DNA from: an uncultured Alphaproteobacteria bacterium
Lineage (GTDB): Bacteria; Pseudomonadota; Alphaproteobacteria; CAAHEQ01; UBA3637
Length of the DNA stretch: 64,000 nucleotides
Direction: 5' to 3'
Assembly: GCA_949292205.1 (NCBI GenBank)
Contig: CASEYR010000008.1
Location: 14,382-78,381, forward strand
In this document: positions 1 to 10,747 of the stretch, in pieces
Layout of the letters: every line of letters begins with the position of its first letter
Numbering within the stretch: position 1 is the first letter of the stretch
The notes under the pieces: model-generated
What the model was told of the DNA's origin: nothing
What the model saw: the letters and a program-made list of their open reading frames with translations, nothing else
Databases searched by the model: none
Program-made: the position numbers and the translations under genes

Positions 1-162
1 TTTAATCATCTACCGATTTTTCGCTCTATTGTCTATGCAGACGGAAGTTTAAAAATGTATGATGGAACCTTTTTAAAACCACAACGTCCGGTCACACAAA
101 AAAAAGGAGGCAAACAAACACAATCCTCCAAAAATCAAAAAAAGAATACTCGCGGGAAATAA
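1..162 (+). CDS. 3' end of a hypothetical protein (truncated by window start)
   Basis: Frame 1 is open from base 1 (FNHLPIFRSIVYADG...KKNTRGK) to TAA at 160-162, 6 nt before the recG ATG. Confidence 0.6.
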   Translation, partial: FNHLPIFRSIVYADGSLKMYDGTFLKPQRPVTQKKGGKQTQSSKNQKKNTRGK

Positions 163-168
163 TTCACT

Positions 169-2253
169 ATGCGCCCATCTATTTTAAACTCGCTATTTAT
201 TCCCGTGGAAAATGTTCCAAGAGTGGGTTTAAAACTTGGGCGACTGGTTAAAGCGTTATGTGGACCTTGTGTATCCGATGTCCTGTGGCATCTACCGAGC
301 GGAGTTAATCACAGACCCAGAATTGAAAAACGACAAGATATTGTCTTTGGGCAGTTAGGAACGTTAGAAATTCAAGTGGTAAGTCACATTTCACCACCAA
401 CACACCGTCAACCTTATCGCATTGTATGTGAAAGTCTGGGGGAAACCTTGGAGTTAGTTTTTTTTAATTACCGGAAAAGCTATCTACAAACAAAATATCC
501 GCCCAATCAACGGCTCTGGGTATCCGGAAAAATCGAGCCTCAAGGAACCGGAATTAAAATTTTACATCCTGATTATATCGCTGACTCACCGGATAAAATA
601 CCGGTATTTGAGGTTATTTATCCTCAATCACGAGGCGTTACAAGCAAACTGTTACGCCGTATATTATCTTATGTACTGCCCGCCGTTCCCGAGTTACCGG
701 AATGGCTTGATGCGGCTTTTCAGGCAAAGAATAGATTGCCTTTCTGGACTCAAGCTCTGGACGAGGCTCATCATCCGAAAACAGAGCAAGATTTAGCCCC
801 TAAAAATCCGGCTCGGTTACGACTGGCTTACGATGAAATTTTAGCCAATCAATTAGCCTTAATGTTGATTCGGCAACAAGCAACTCGCAAAAAAGGTGTT
901 TCAATCCATCCGACCGGTTTTTTAACACAAAAGCTAATAGCCTCTCTACCCTTTCAGTTAACGAAAGCTCAACAAAGAGTCTTGATTGAAATCCAACAGG
1001 ATTTGTCTTCGGAAGCGCAAATGACTCGATTACTGCAAGGCGATGTCGGTAGTGGTAAAACAATTGTTGCACTGTTGTCCGCTTTGTCCGTTATAGAAGA
1101 CGGATTCCAAGCCGCTTTAATGGCTCCGACGGATATTTTAGCGAGACAACATTTTGCTAAAATTGAGGATTTATGCCGTCCGTTAGGTATATCTGTCGCT
1201 ATTTTAACAGCTCGCGAAAAAGGAGCGGAACGCAATCGTATTCTAACCGAATTAGCCGACGGGCGTATCCAGCTTTTAATCGGAACTCATGCCTTGTTAA
1301 CAGAACAAGTTTCTTTTCATAAATTGGGCTTAGCCATTGTTGATGAACAACACAAGTTTGGCGTCAATCAACGATTAGCTCTTATCCAAAAGCAAAAAGG
1401 AGTTAACTTATTGGTTATGACGGCAACCCCCATACCACGCAGTCTGGCTCTGACCGCTTATGGTGATATGGATAGCTCACGATTAGATGAAAAACCCGCC
1501 GGCCGACAACCGATTGAAACAAGCGTTATGCCGATTTCAAAAATTCCGGAGTTGACAGAGCGGCTTTGTGAACGAATCAGAACTTCCCCGACTAAAGTCC
1601 AAGCTTATTGGATTTGCCCTCTGGTAGAAGAATCCGAAAAAACCGATTTGGCTGCTGTCAAAAAAAGATTTTCCGAATTACAACAAGTCTTTGGAAATCG
1701 GGTCGGACTTGTTCATGGACAGATGAAGGGAGCCGAAAAAGATGCTGTTATGGAGCAATTTGCTTCCGGACAACTGGATATTCTGGTTGCAACAACAGTT
1801 ATAGAAGTGGGTGTTGATGTCAAATCCGCCACGATTATGATTATTGAGCAAGCCGAACGTTTTGGTCTGGCCGGACTGCATCAGTTGCGAGGTCGGGTCG
1901 GACGAGGTTCGGATAAGTCCTTGTGTATTTTAATGCATGGCCCCCATTTAACAGATACGGCAAAAGAAAGATTACGCATTATGCGGGAAACTGATGATGG
2001 TTTCGTTTTGGCGGAAGAGGATTTAAAATTACGAGGTGCCGGCGAGATACTGGGAACACGCCAAAGCGGATTACCGGATTTTAAAATGGCAGATATATCC
2101 GTTCAAGGAGATTTGTTGTGGACAGCGACAAAAGATGCCCAGACGATTCTATCGCTGGACCCAAAACTGGAAAGTCCTCGCGGAAAAGCCTTACGAACAC
2201 TCTTATATCTCTTTAAAAAGGACACTGAAATTCAAACATTAAAATCAGGATAA
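169..2253 (+). CDS. recG: ATP-dependent DNA helicase RecG
   Basis: RLLQGDVGSGKT Walker A, DEQH, MTATPIPRSL, QLRGRVGRG and the TRG motif EDLKLRGAGEILGTRQSG; N-terminal wedge domain. Confidence 0.98.
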   Translation: MRPSILNSLFIPVENVPRVGLKLGRLVKALCGPCVSDVLWHLPSGVNHRPRIEKRQDIVFGQLGTLEIQVVSHISPPTHRQPYRIVCESLGETLELVFFNYRKSYLQTKYPPNQRLWVSGKIEPQGTGIKILHPDYIADSPDKIPVFEVIYPQSRGVTSKLLRRILSYVLPAVPELPEWLDAAFQAKNRLPFWTQALDEAHHPKTEQDLAPKNPARLRLAYDEILANQLALMLIRQQATRKKGVSIHPTGFLTQKLIASLPFQLTKAQQRVLIEIQQDLSSEAQMTRLLQGDVGSGKTIVALLSALSVIEDGFQAALMAPTDILARQHFAKIEDLCRPLGISVAILTAREKGAERNRILTELADGRIQLLIGTHALLTEQVSFHKLGLAIVDEQHKFGVNQRLALIQKQKGVNLLVMTATPIPRSLALTAYGDMDSSRLDEKPAGRQPIETSVMPISKIPELTERLCERIRTSPTKVQAYWICPLVEESEKTDLAAVKKRFSELQQVFGNRVGLVHGQMKGAEKDAVMEQFASGQLDILVATTVIEVGVDVKSATIMIIEQAERFGLAGLHQLRGRVGRGSDKSLCILMHGPHLTDTAKERLRIMRETDDGFVLAEEDLKLRGAGEILGTRQSGLPDFKMADISVQGDLLWTATKDAQTILSLDPKLESPRGKALRTLLYLFKKDTEIQTLKSG

Positions 2254-2260
2254 CAATACA

Positions 2261-2719
2261 GTGACTGTTTATTTTACGCTTCAACCCCCAGAGGTTACCA
2301 AAAAACTCCGAAAAGAATTTGACAGACGAAAATTAAATCGTGTGTTTGTTCGTTATTTATATCGAAAAGGTCTTTTGGATAAATATGCTCATGTTATAAA
2401 CCTGAGCAGAGCCGAAAAAGGTAAAATTCCTCACGGATTTGATGTTCACCACATTGTTCCGCTGTCCGGCGGTGGGCAAAACAAGCTGTCCAACTTTTGC
2501 TTAATCGAAAAATCACTCCATAAATTCATTAACAAAAAGTGTTTTGAGCCGGCTTTACGAGGTATTAAAATCGGACAGACCGTGGCCATAGAGCTCCCCG
2601 ATTTCGGGCCGATTGCTTTACGCCGAGATTATAACGGCTTTATAGACAGAAAACTGGCTCATGCCAAAGATCGTAACCGTTTTTATAATTTCTTACGTAA
2701 GTGGAGTAAAGAAAGATAA
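2261..2719 (+). CDS. HNH endonuclease family protein
   Basis: DVHHIVPLSGGGQNKLSNFCLI...H beta-beta-alpha-Me motif; GTG start 7 nt after the recG stop. Confidence 0.8.
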   Translation: MTVYFTLQPPEVTKKLRKEFDRRKLNRVFVRYLYRKGLLDKYAHVINLSRAEKGKIPHGFDVHHIVPLSGGGQNKLSNFCLIEKSLHKFINKKCFEPALRGIKIGQTVAIELPDFGPIALRRDYNGFIDRKLAHAKDRNRFYNFLRKWSKER

Positions 2720-2765
2720 AAAAACGTTAAAGTAATACTATAACATCTTTGAAAGGAGAATCATT

Positions 2766-3359
2766 ATGAAACAATTTTTAATCTTTTTAGGTATTGTCAT
2801 TGCTCTGATTGTTGGTGGCATTTTTTACTATATATCAACTTATAATCGGGCCGTCCGGTTGGATGAGGGGATTAAAGCGGCATGGAGCCAAGTTCTCAAT
2901 CAATATGAACGACGGGCGGATTTAGTTCCGAATCTGGTATCAACCGTTAAAGGATATGCCGCACACGAAAGTCGTATTTTTGAGGAAACGGCTGAAAAAC
3001 GAGCCGCTGTCGGTCAAATCCGACTCACCGCCGATGACCTAAATGATCCTGCAAAGGTCAAAGCATTTCAAGAGGCTCAAAATGCATTGGGTGGCGCTTT
3101 ATCTCGCTTACTAGCCGTTGCCGAAAATTATCCGGATTTAAAGGCAAACCAAAACTTCCTTTCTCTTCAATCTCAGTTAGAGGGAACGGAAAATCGTATA
3201 GCCGTTGCTCGCATGGACTATATTACTCTTATTCGTCAATATAACTCGTTATTAAAAAGTATTCCGGCAAAGTGGATTTTGAACGGACAGTTCAGCCTGC
3301 GTTCCGAATATACAATTGAAGAAGAAAAAAAAGCTCTACCAATCGTTCAATTTAACTAA
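2766..3359 (+). CDS. lemA: LemA family protein
   Basis: N-terminal TM helix, QYERRADLVPNLVSTVKGYA, AENYPDLKANQNF, LEGTENRIAVAR; SD AAGGAG. Confidence 0.95.
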   Translation: MKQFLIFLGIVIALIVGGIFYYISTYNRAVRLDEGIKAAWSQVLNQYERRADLVPNLVSTVKGYAAHESRIFEETAEKRAAVGQIRLTADDLNDPAKVKAFQEAQNALGGALSRLLAVAENYPDLKANQNFLSLQSQLEGTENRIAVARMDYITLIRQYNSLLKSIPAKWILNGQFSLRSEYTIEEEKKALPIVQFN

Positions 3360-3374
3360 TTCAATGGAATCAAC

Positions 3375-4313
3375 GTGAAAAAAATACTTTTTATCTTAGG
3401 CTGTTGTTTATTACCGTTCTTGTCTTGGGCTTCAGATGATTTATCGTTTCCTCGTCTAACGGGACAGGTTGTTGATGAAGCGGGGATTTTAAGCCCAAGA
3501 ACAAAACAAAAAATCTTAGCAACCATGAAGCCTCAACAACAATTCGTCGTTGTCACATTAAAATCATTGCGTGGAAAAAGCATAGAGGAATACGGTGTCG
3601 CTTTGGGACGTCACTGGGGAATCGGTGATGCCCAAAAAAATGATGGCTTATTGCTGATTATTGCTCCGAATGAACGAAAGACACGCATTGAAGTCGGATA
3701 TGGATTGGAACATATTATGACGGATGCTCAGGCTTCATATATTATACAAAACGTCTTGTTACCTGCGTTTAAAAAAAATCAATATGAGGCCGGTACATTA
3801 AATGCCGTGTACAGCATTCAACGAGTGCTGGGAGGTTTCCACTATCCTCAAGTCATCCATTTGAACAACTCCAAGAAAAATAAATCGTCCCTATCATCTT
3901 CTCTACCCCTTGTTACGGGAATCGGCTTTTTTTGGCTTCTTATGCTATTTTTTATGCCTCAGATCGTCATTAACAATCTGAAGAAAAAGAGTCTTTTGGA
4001 TGAAACGGACAGAAAAAATTTAAGGCGTGCGTATCAAATAAGATTTTTAATTATTATTTGTTTCATTTTAATGGCGTTAAATATTGTGATATGGGGCAAT
4101 GCATTAATTTGCATCGGCTTGATCATAATACCTCATCTGTTGGTTGTACTCAAATGCCAAGGCCCTGGTATTCAATCAGGACAATCTGGCGGTAAATCCT
4201 CGGGAAGAAACCACTTCGGTGGCGGAGGCGGTAGCTTCGGTGGTGGCGGAGGCAGTAGCTTCGGTGGCGGCGGTGGCAGCTTCGGAGGTGGTGGTTCTTC
4301 CGGTAGTTGGTAA
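3375..4313 (+). CDS. TPM-domain (YgcG-like) membrane protein with Gly-rich tail
   Basis: Signal peptide, VVDEAGIL, WGIG..KNDGLLL, RIEVGYGLE, TM helices, GGGSFGGGGSSGSW C-terminus; usual partner of lemA. Confidence 0.93.
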   Translation: MKKILFILGCCLLPFLSWASDDLSFPRLTGQVVDEAGILSPRTKQKILATMKPQQQFVVVTLKSLRGKSIEEYGVALGRHWGIGDAQKNDGLLLIIAPNERKTRIEVGYGLEHIMTDAQASYIIQNVLLPAFKKNQYEAGTLNAVYSIQRVLGGFHYPQVIHLNNSKKNKSSLSSSLPLVTGIGFFWLLMLFFMPQIVINNLKKKSLLDETDRKNLRRAYQIRFLIIICFILMALNIVIWGNALICIGLIIIPHLLVVLKCQGPGIQSGQSGGKSSGRNHFGGGGGSFGGGGGSSFGGGGGSFGGGGSSGSW

Positions 4314-4318
4314 AAAAC

Positions 4319-4345
4319 AAAGGGGCGCATTTTAATCGTCCCTTT
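4319..4345. terminator. Hairpin between convergent TPM gene and argS
   Basis: AAAGGGGCG-N9-CGTCCCTTT stem with one G-U pair. Confidence 0.5.
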
Positions 4346-4365
4346 CTCTATATCGATTTTTATTT

Positions 4366-6129
4366 TTACATCTTATCCGGTATTTGAAGCCCCAACATAT
4401 CAGCACAAGCCATAGCCAGATGTAATGTATACTTTGTCAGAGCCAACCGAGATTTCTGTGTAACTTCATCGGCTCCTTTAATCGGACAGTCATGATAAAA
4501 CAGATTGAAATCTTGGGCTAATTTAAACAAGTAGTCAGCAATGACATGAGGCGCCCGATTATCATAAGCTGTTTGAACAGAATCCGGCAAAGCATATAAC
4601 CGCAACAACAACTGGCGTTCTGCCGGTGTTGTGATCGTTATGACATCATTAGGCGTTAATTCGGCAGACACACCCAATTTTTCCAAAACGGATTTCATTC
4701 GGACAATAGCATATAAAATATACGGTCCTGTTTTTCCTTCCGTACTTGTCAGCTTATCTTCATCAAACACGTAGTTTTTCATCCGCTCATTCATTAAATC
4801 GGCAAATTTCAGAGCCGACACGCCAACGATTTTAGAAATAGCAGCCTTTTCTTCCTCGTTTAAGTCACGTCCCATTTCTCCGGCTTCCATCTTACGCCGA
4901 GCCGCCGCAACCGCCGTATCAATCAAGTAACGCAAAGTCGGAATACCGCCATCACGTGTTTTATAGGGTTTGTTATCCGTTCCGTTGATTGTTCCAAACC
5001 CTAAATGCTCCAAGCTCATCTGACCGGTTAATCCGATTTTGGAAGAAGCCGTAAATACCTGCTCAAAATGAAGCCCTTGTCTGGCATCAACAACATACAA
5101 AATAGCATCCGGATGAAACTCATCAACCCGTTCTTCTATCGTTGCCAAGTCCGTTGCCCCATACATAACAGCTCCATCCGATTTAACCATAATCAGAGGC
5201 GGTAAATCATTTCCGCTTTTTGCTTTACCCAGCGGAATAATTTCTGCCCCCTGATCCGGAATCAGAACACCGTCTTGACGCAACCGAACTATCATTTGTT
5301 GCAATCGATCATGGACATGGCTTTCACCCCGCCATAAATCAAAAGAAACCCCTAACTCACCATACAAGCTTTTAATATCGGCAACGGACAAGTCAATAAA
5401 ATGTTGCCACAAAGCACGATATCCACGATGTCCGTTCTGTAATAAACGCGTATTTTCACGCGCTCTGGCAGCATACTCTTCATCTTCTTTAGCATGCGCA
5501 CTGGCAATCGGATACATCGTTTCCAGGTCCTTGGAGGAAAAGGGAGCCTCTGTCGGATAATCTCCGGCAAACGTGTCATCAAAATAAGGAAGATCAGGAC
5601 GCTTATCCTGCAATTCGGTAATCAACAGCCCCATCGGCTTACCCCAATCACCCAAATGGACATCGGCAATAACTTTGTCCCCAACAAAGCGACAAATCCG
5701 CTTAACCGCCTCCCCGATAACAGCTGGTCGCAAATGCCCCACGTGTAACGCTTTTGCCACATTCGGACCACCATAATCCAAAACAACCGTCTTGGGCATA
5801 TCCGGACGTTCATACCCACATTCAGGATTGCTTAAGACATCAAAAGCCTGCTCCCCTAAAACAGAATTAGAAATCCGCATATTGATAAAGCCGGGACCAT
5901 CAACAGAGACAGATTCAAAAAAAGAATCGGCACGTAATTTTTCGGCTATTTTCTCGGCAATCTGACGCGGATTTTGTTTTAATGCTTTAGCCAACGGTAA
6001 AGCCCCGTTTGCTTGATAATCACTCATATCCGGACGATCCGACAACCGAACCAATGTATTTGAGGCGTCAAAACCACAGGCCGTAAAAGCCGTTGCAACT
6101 TTTTCCTTAATTTGATTTAATAAGTTCAT
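4366..6129 (-). CDS. argS: Arginine--tRNA ligase
   Basis: PNVAKALHVGHLR (HIGH), KSDG..YGATDLA, YKTRDG, EGKTGPYILYA, C-terminal DALR domain. Confidence 0.98.
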   Translation of the reverse strand: MNLLNQIKEKVATAFTACGFDASNTLVRLSDRPDMSDYQANGALPLAKALKQNPRQIAEKIAEKLRADSFFESVSVDGPGFINMRISNSVLGEQAFDVLSNPECGYERPDMPKTVVLDYGGPNVAKALHVGHLRPAVIGEAVKRICRFVGDKVIADVHLGDWGKPMGLLITELQDKRPDLPYFDDTFAGDYPTEAPFSSKDLETMYPIASAHAKEDEEYAARARENTRLLQNGHRGYRALWQHFIDLSVADIKSLYGELGVSFDLWRGESHVHDRLQQMIVRLRQDGVLIPDQGAEIIPLGKAKSGNDLPPLIMVKSDGAVMYGATDLATIEERVDEFHPDAILYVVDARQGLHFEQVFTASSKIGLTGQMSLEHLGFGTINGTDNKPYKTRDGGIPTLRYLIDTAVAAARRKMEAGEMGRDLNEEEKAAISKIVGVSALKFADLMNERMKNYVFDEDKLTSTEGKTGPYILYAIVRMKSVLEKLGVSAELTPNDVITITTPAERQLLLRLYALPDSVQTAYDNRAPHVIADYLFKLAQDFNLFYHDCPIKGADEVTQKSRLALTKYTLHLAMACADMLGLQIPDKM

Positions 6130-6155
6130 AATAATCCTTTCATATTTTGAGGGGG

Positions 6156-6184
6156 ATTATATCCGAAGCACCCCCAAGAATCAA
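6156..6184 (-). promoter_or_regulatory. sigma70-like promoter of argS
   Basis: Minus strand TTGATT-N17-TATAAT. Confidence 0.6.
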
Positions 6185-6310
6185 GCAAAAAATCAAACGG
6201 TAACTTCAAAAAAAGAGTGAAGCGTAAAGAGGCTTTCCGGATTCGCTCAATATATTCAACCTCTACAAATCAAAAAGTTTCACAACACAAAAAGACGAAC
6301 CAAAATCCAC

Positions 6311-6339
6311 TTGATTTTAGAATGCAAAAAGAGTATAAA
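6311..6339 (+). promoter_or_regulatory. sigma70-like promoter of uvrA
   Basis: TTGATT-N17-TATAAA, supporting ATG 6368 (SD GAGGT) as the real start. Confidence 0.55.
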
Positions 6340-6367
6340 ATCAACCATATCAAACGAGGTTTCAAAT

Positions 6368-9160
6368 ATGCAGAGTTTTATAAAAATACGAGGTGCCCGA
6401 GAACACAATTTAAAAGACATTGATGTTGATATTCCTCGGGATAAGTTAGTTGTCATAACCGGATTATCCGGATCGGGAAAATCGTCTTTGGCTTTTGATA
6501 CCATATATGCCGAAGGACAACGTCGCTATGTGGAAAGTCTTTCGGCATACGCACGTCAATTTTTGGATTTAATGAAAAAACCGGATGTTGACTTGATAGA
6601 GGGACTGTCTCCGGCAATTTCCATTGAACAAAAAACAACTTCTAAAAACCCTCGTTCCACCGTCGGAACGGTCACCGAAATTTATGACTATATGCGACTA
6701 CTTTGGGCTCGCATCGGTATTCCTTATTCGCCGGCAACGGGACTACCGATTGAAGCCCAAACCGTATCACAAATGGTTGATGCCTTAATGGCGTTAGATT
6801 GTGGTACGAAACTGATGATTTTGGCACCGGTCATTCGCTCTCGCAAAGGAGAGTATCGTAAGGAAATTTCTGAATGGCAAAAAAAGGGATTTACTCGCGT
6901 TAAAATGGATGGTGAGTTATACGAAATAGATGACACACCGGCTTTGGATAAAAACAAAAAACATGACATCTCTGTCATTGTTGATCGCGTCATTATCAAA
7001 GAGGGGTTAGAGGATCGGCTGGCTCAATCTATCGAGAAAGCTCTTGATTTAGCAGACGGGTTGGTTATTGCTGAAAATGCCGAAACACATACGGAAAAGT
7101 TGTTTTCATCTAAATTCGCCTGCCCTGTTTCCGGCTTTACGATTGCGGATTTAGAACCTCGCCTTTTTTCTTTCAATAACCCTCAAGGGGCATGCCCCAC
7201 CTGTTCAGGCTTAGGTTTTCGTCAGTATGTTGACCCTGCCCTTGTTATTCCCGACCCGACGAAGAGCATCAAGCAAGGTGCTATTGCGCCTTGGAGCCAC
7301 GGCGATGATATGTATCAATGGTATAGTATGGCATTAAAGTCTTTATTCCGAATACTACCGGAATTGGATTTAGATAAGCCATGGCATAAATTATCTCCGA
7401 AGGTTCAGCAAGCTGTTTTATACGGATATCATAAAGGGCATTCAGATTTTGAAGGTGTTATCCCAAATATGGAACGCCGATATCTGGAAACCGAATCTGA
7501 CTGGATGCGAGAGGAAATCGCAAAATATCAGGCCACCTCTCCCTGTGAAGCGTGTCACGGGGCTCGCCTAAAACCGGAGGCTCTGGCTGTTAAAGTCGGC
7601 GGAAAAAACATTTCCGAAGCGACCCATATTTCTATTGAAGGTGCCTTAAAGTGGTTTTCCGGTTTGAATGAGACTCTTTCTAAACAAAAGCAAGAAATAG
7701 CCAATCGTATTTTAAAGGAGATTATTGAACGCCTAACTTTCTTAAACAATGTCGGACTGGGCTATCTGGCGCTGGATCGGATGAGTGGTACTCTTTCCGG
7801 CGGTGAGGCTCAACGCATTCGTTTGGCAAGTCAAATCGGATCAGGCTTAACAGGCGTCTTATATGTTCTAGATGAACCCTCTATCGGTCTACATCAGCGA
7901 GATAATGATAAGCTACTTGAAACACTTACTCGACTGAGAGACTTGGGAAATACCGTGATTGTTGTTGAACACGACGAAGATGCCATTAGAACGGCTGACT
8001 ATGTCATCGACATCGGCCCCGGAGCAGGACGAAACGGCGGACATATTGTTGCGCAAGGAACGCCTCAAGAAATTATTAACAATCCGATTTCAACAACCGG
8101 ACAATTCTTATCAGGTATGCGAAAAATCATCGTTCCAAGCAAACGTCGCTCCGGCAACGGGAAGTTTTTAAGTATTGAGGGCGCTACAACAAACAATTTA
8201 AAAGATGTCAATGTTGATATCCCTTTGGGAACTTTTACCTGTGTTACAGGTGTCTCCGGAGGTGGCAAATCCTCACTGGTTATTGAAACATTGTATAAGG
8301 GATTAAATCAACTGATTAACAAATCCCGCGAACCGGCCGGTTCTTTTAAAAAAATACGTGGTGTCGGATATATTGATAAAATCATTGATATTGATCAGAG
8401 CCCCATCGGACGAACGCCTCGCTCTAATCCGGCAACTTATACAGGTATGTTTACTCTGATTCGTGAATGGTTTGCGGGTCTACCCGAATCTCAAGCACGC
8501 GGGTATAAACCAGGGCGCTTTTCATTTAATGTTAAAGGCGGTCGATGCGAAGCTTGCTGCGGTGACGGTGTACTAAAAATCGAAATGCACTTTTTACCGG
8601 ACGTTTACGTGGAATGCGATACTTGCCACGGCAAGAGGTATAATCGAGAAACTCTGGAAATAAAATATAAGGATAAATCTATTGCCGACGTCTTGGAAAT
8701 GACCATAGATGAAGCCGCTGACTTTTTTCAAAATATACCTGCTCTACATGATAAGTGTGCTTTGTTACAACACGTCGGATTAGGCTACATCTCACTGGGA
8801 CAATCGGCGGTCACACTATCCGGAGGTGAAGCTCAACGAATAAAACTCTCTAAGGAATTATCTCGTCGCAGCACAGGTAAAACACTTTATATCTTGGATG
8901 AACCAACAACAGGACTACATTTCGCCGATATTCAGAAGTTATTGGAAGTCTTGCATGCTTTGGTTGATCAAGGAAATACGGTTGTCGTCATTGAACATAA
9001 TTTAGACGTTATTAAAACGGCAGACTATATCATTGATATGGGACCGGAAGGCGGAGATGGTGGCGGACGAGTCGTCGCAACAGGCACCCCCGAACAGGTT
9101 GCCGAAAACCCCGGCAGCTATACGGGAAAATACCTGAAACGGCTCTTAGAAAAAACCTAA
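6368..9160 (+). CDS. uvrA: Excinuclease ABC subunit A
   Basis: [31 protein letters not shown], two ABC domains with LSGGEAQRI, zinc fingers; start moved to ATG 6368. Confidence 0.98.
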   Translation: MQSFIKIRGAREHNLKDIDVDIPRDKLVVITGLSGSGKSSLAFDTIYAEGQRRYVESLSAYARQFLDLMKKPDVDLIEGLSPAISIEQKTTSKNPRSTVGTVTEIYDYMRLLWARIGIPYSPATGLPIEAQTVSQMVDALMALDCGTKLMILAPVIRSRKGEYRKEISEWQKKGFTRVKMDGELYEIDDTPALDKNKKHDISVIVDRVIIKEGLEDRLAQSIEKALDLADGLVIAENAETHTEKLFSSKFACPVSGFTIADLEPRLFSFNNPQGACPTCSGLGFRQYVDPALVIPDPTKSIKQGAIAPWSHGDDMYQWYSMALKSLFRILPELDLDKPWHKLSPKVQQAVLYGYHKGHSDFEGVIPNMERRYLETESDWMREEIAKYQATSPCEACHGARLKPEALAVKVGGKNISEATHISIEGALKWFSGLNETLSKQKQEIANRILKEIIERLTFLNNVGLGYLALDRMSGTLSGGEAQRIRLASQIGSGLTGVLYVLDEPSIGLHQRDNDKLLETLTRLRDLGNTVIVVEHDEDAIRTADYVIDIGPGAGRNGGHIVAQGTPQEIINNPISTTGQFLSGMRKIIVPSKRRSGNGKFLSIEGATTNNLKDVNVDIPLGTFTCVTGVSGGGKSSLVIETLYKGLNQLINKSREPAGSFKKIRGVGYIDKIIDIDQSPIGRTPRSNPATYTGMFTLIREWFAGLPESQARGYKPGRFSFNVKGGRCEACCGDGVLKIEMHFLPDVYVECDTCHGKRYNRETLEIKYKDKSIADVLEMTIDEAADFFQNIPALHDKCALLQHVGLGYISLGQSAVTLSGGEAQRIKLSKELSRRSTGKTLYILDEPTTGLHFADIQKLLEVLHALVDQGNTVVVIEHNLDVIKTADYIIDMGPEGGDGGGRVVATGTPEQVAENPGSYTGKYLKRLLEKT

Positions 9161-9195
9161 ACATAAACTATTTTTAGACTGCTAAAGGAGAAAGA

Positions 9196-9669
9196 ATGAA
9201 TTTATTGATTGAATATCTGGATTGCTATGATAAGAGCTGGGGCGAGTTAAGTTACAAGCACACGGATGATTCGGGCTTTGATCTTCGGGCAGCCATACCC
9301 GAACCCATAACGCTAAAACCCGGAGAGTACGCCCTTATCTCCAATGGCATTAAAATCGAGTTTGAAGGTCCCTTTCCTTTTGGAGATGACATCGGATATG
9401 AAATTCAGGTCAGACCTCGTTCGGGATTAGCCGCTAAAAACGGGATATCCATTGTAAATACGCCGGGAACCGTTGATTTCGGATATCGGGGCGAATTAAA
9501 GACAACTCTTATCAATCTAGGAACACAGGATTTTATCATCAATCCGGGAGATAGAATTGCTCAAGCCGTTGTTTGTCCGGTCATTCATCCGAAAATAATC
9601 ACCACAACCTGTGTTTCAAATAATACAACTCGCGGAACGGGAGGATTTGGCTCTACCGGCAAGGCATAG
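9196..9669 (+). CDS. dut: dUTP diphosphatase
   Basis: SGFDL, QVRPRSGLA, NTPGTVDFGYRGE, GDRIAQ, RGTGGFGSTG motifs. Confidence 0.97.
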   Translation: MNLLIEYLDCYDKSWGELSYKHTDDSGFDLRAAIPEPITLKPGEYALISNGIKIEFEGPFPFGDDIGYEIQVRPRSGLAAKNGISIVNTPGTVDFGYRGELKTTLINLGTQDFIINPGDRIAQAVVCPVIHPKIITTTCVSNNTTRGTGGFGSTGKA

Positions 9670-9697
9670 AAATTTCATTTAATCAAAGGGGGAGAAA

Positions 9698-10681
9698 ATG
9701 AAAAAAACCATAAAAATAAACTATATGGATTTCGGACGATATTCGGATCCGGAAAAGGAGTTCTTTACACCTTTTCTACGAAAAAGATATAATGTTGTTA
9801 TCTCGGATAAGCCGGATTATATCTTTTACACACTGGGCGGTAATACACACCACAACTTTTCGGGAATTCGTATCTTTTGGACGGGAGAAAATGTTGTTCC
9901 GAATTTCAATTACTGCGACTATGCTCTTGGCTTTCAACACATGACATTTGAGGATAGATATCATCGACTTCCCCTCTGGCGAATGTGCTTGTCCGATTTG
10001 AACAAGTCTTTAGAAAAAGGAACGACCCTATCTGATACTGCTCTTTTAAATCGTCAATTTTGTGCAACCGTTATTTCAAATGCACGCCAAACAGATGGAA
10101 AGCGAGAAGAAGCTTTTGAAAAACTATCCACATACAAAACCGTTGCCTCCGGCGGACGTTGGCGAAATAACGTCGGCGGACCGATCGCTGACAAAATAGT
10201 TTTTCAGCGTCAATATAAGTTCGCATTGGCTTTCGAAAATACATATGCTCCGGGATACACAACGGAAAAAATAATACAGGCCTTTGCCTCTGACACTGTC
10301 CCGATTTACTACGGAGATCCTCGTGTCACCGATGACTTTAATCCTGACTCTTTTATCAACGCTCATGATTTTGATACGACGGAACACTTGGTCGAGTTTG
10401 TCAAAAAAGTGGATCAAGATGACACGTTGTATTTAAAAATGATACATGCTCCGATTTTCAAAAACGGACAAATGCCGACTGATTTAACCGATGAGGCTCT
10501 TTTAAAATTCTTTGAACCGATTTTTGATGTTCCGCTTAAGGAAGCTAAAAGGCGTTTTTATGCAAAGCCCTATCAAGATATTGATTACGAAAACTTAAAA
10601 ATGCGAGACCTCAAAACAATGATTAAAACGTTCGGACAGAAACAAATTAAAAAGGTAAAGCACTTTATAATCGGCAAATAA
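9698..10681 (+). CDS. Alpha-1,3/4-fucosyltransferase-like protein (GT10)
   Basis: TGEN..PNFN..DYA.GF, YKFALAFENT..PGYTTEKI..AF...TVPIYYG, FNP.SFIN..DF motifs of Helicobacter FutA-like GT10. Confidence 0.88.
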   Translation: MKKTIKINYMDFGRYSDPEKEFFTPFLRKRYNVVISDKPDYIFYTLGGNTHHNFSGIRIFWTGENVVPNFNYCDYALGFQHMTFEDRYHRLPLWRMCLSDLNKSLEKGTTLSDTALLNRQFCATVISNARQTDGKREEAFEKLSTYKTVASGGRWRNNVGGPIADKIVFQRQYKFALAFENTYAPGYTTEKIIQAFASDTVPIYYGDPRVTDDFNPDSFINAHDFDTTEHLVEFVKKVDQDDTLYLKMIHAPIFKNGQMPTDLTDEALLKFFEPIFDVPLKEAKRRFYAKPYQDIDYENLKMRDLKTMIKTFGQKQIKKVKHFIIGK

Positions 10682-10682
10682 C

Positions 10683-10711
10683 TTGACTTTTAAAGGCATT
10701 TCGGATACGAT
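10683..10711 (+). promoter_or_regulatory. sigma70-like promoter of ettA
   Basis: TTGACT-N17-TACGAT. Confidence 0.55.
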
Positions 10712-10747
10712 ACTTTCAATTTTCATTTATTTAAGAAAGGAACACGT

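Noticed and set aside
4205-4310. Gly-rich GGGSF repeats
   Set aside because: Normal C-terminal tail of TPM/YgcG proteins
6190-6367. LexA box upstream of uvrA
   Set aside because: No GTTC-N7-GTTC or GAAC-N7-GAAC found; only a single GAAC half-site
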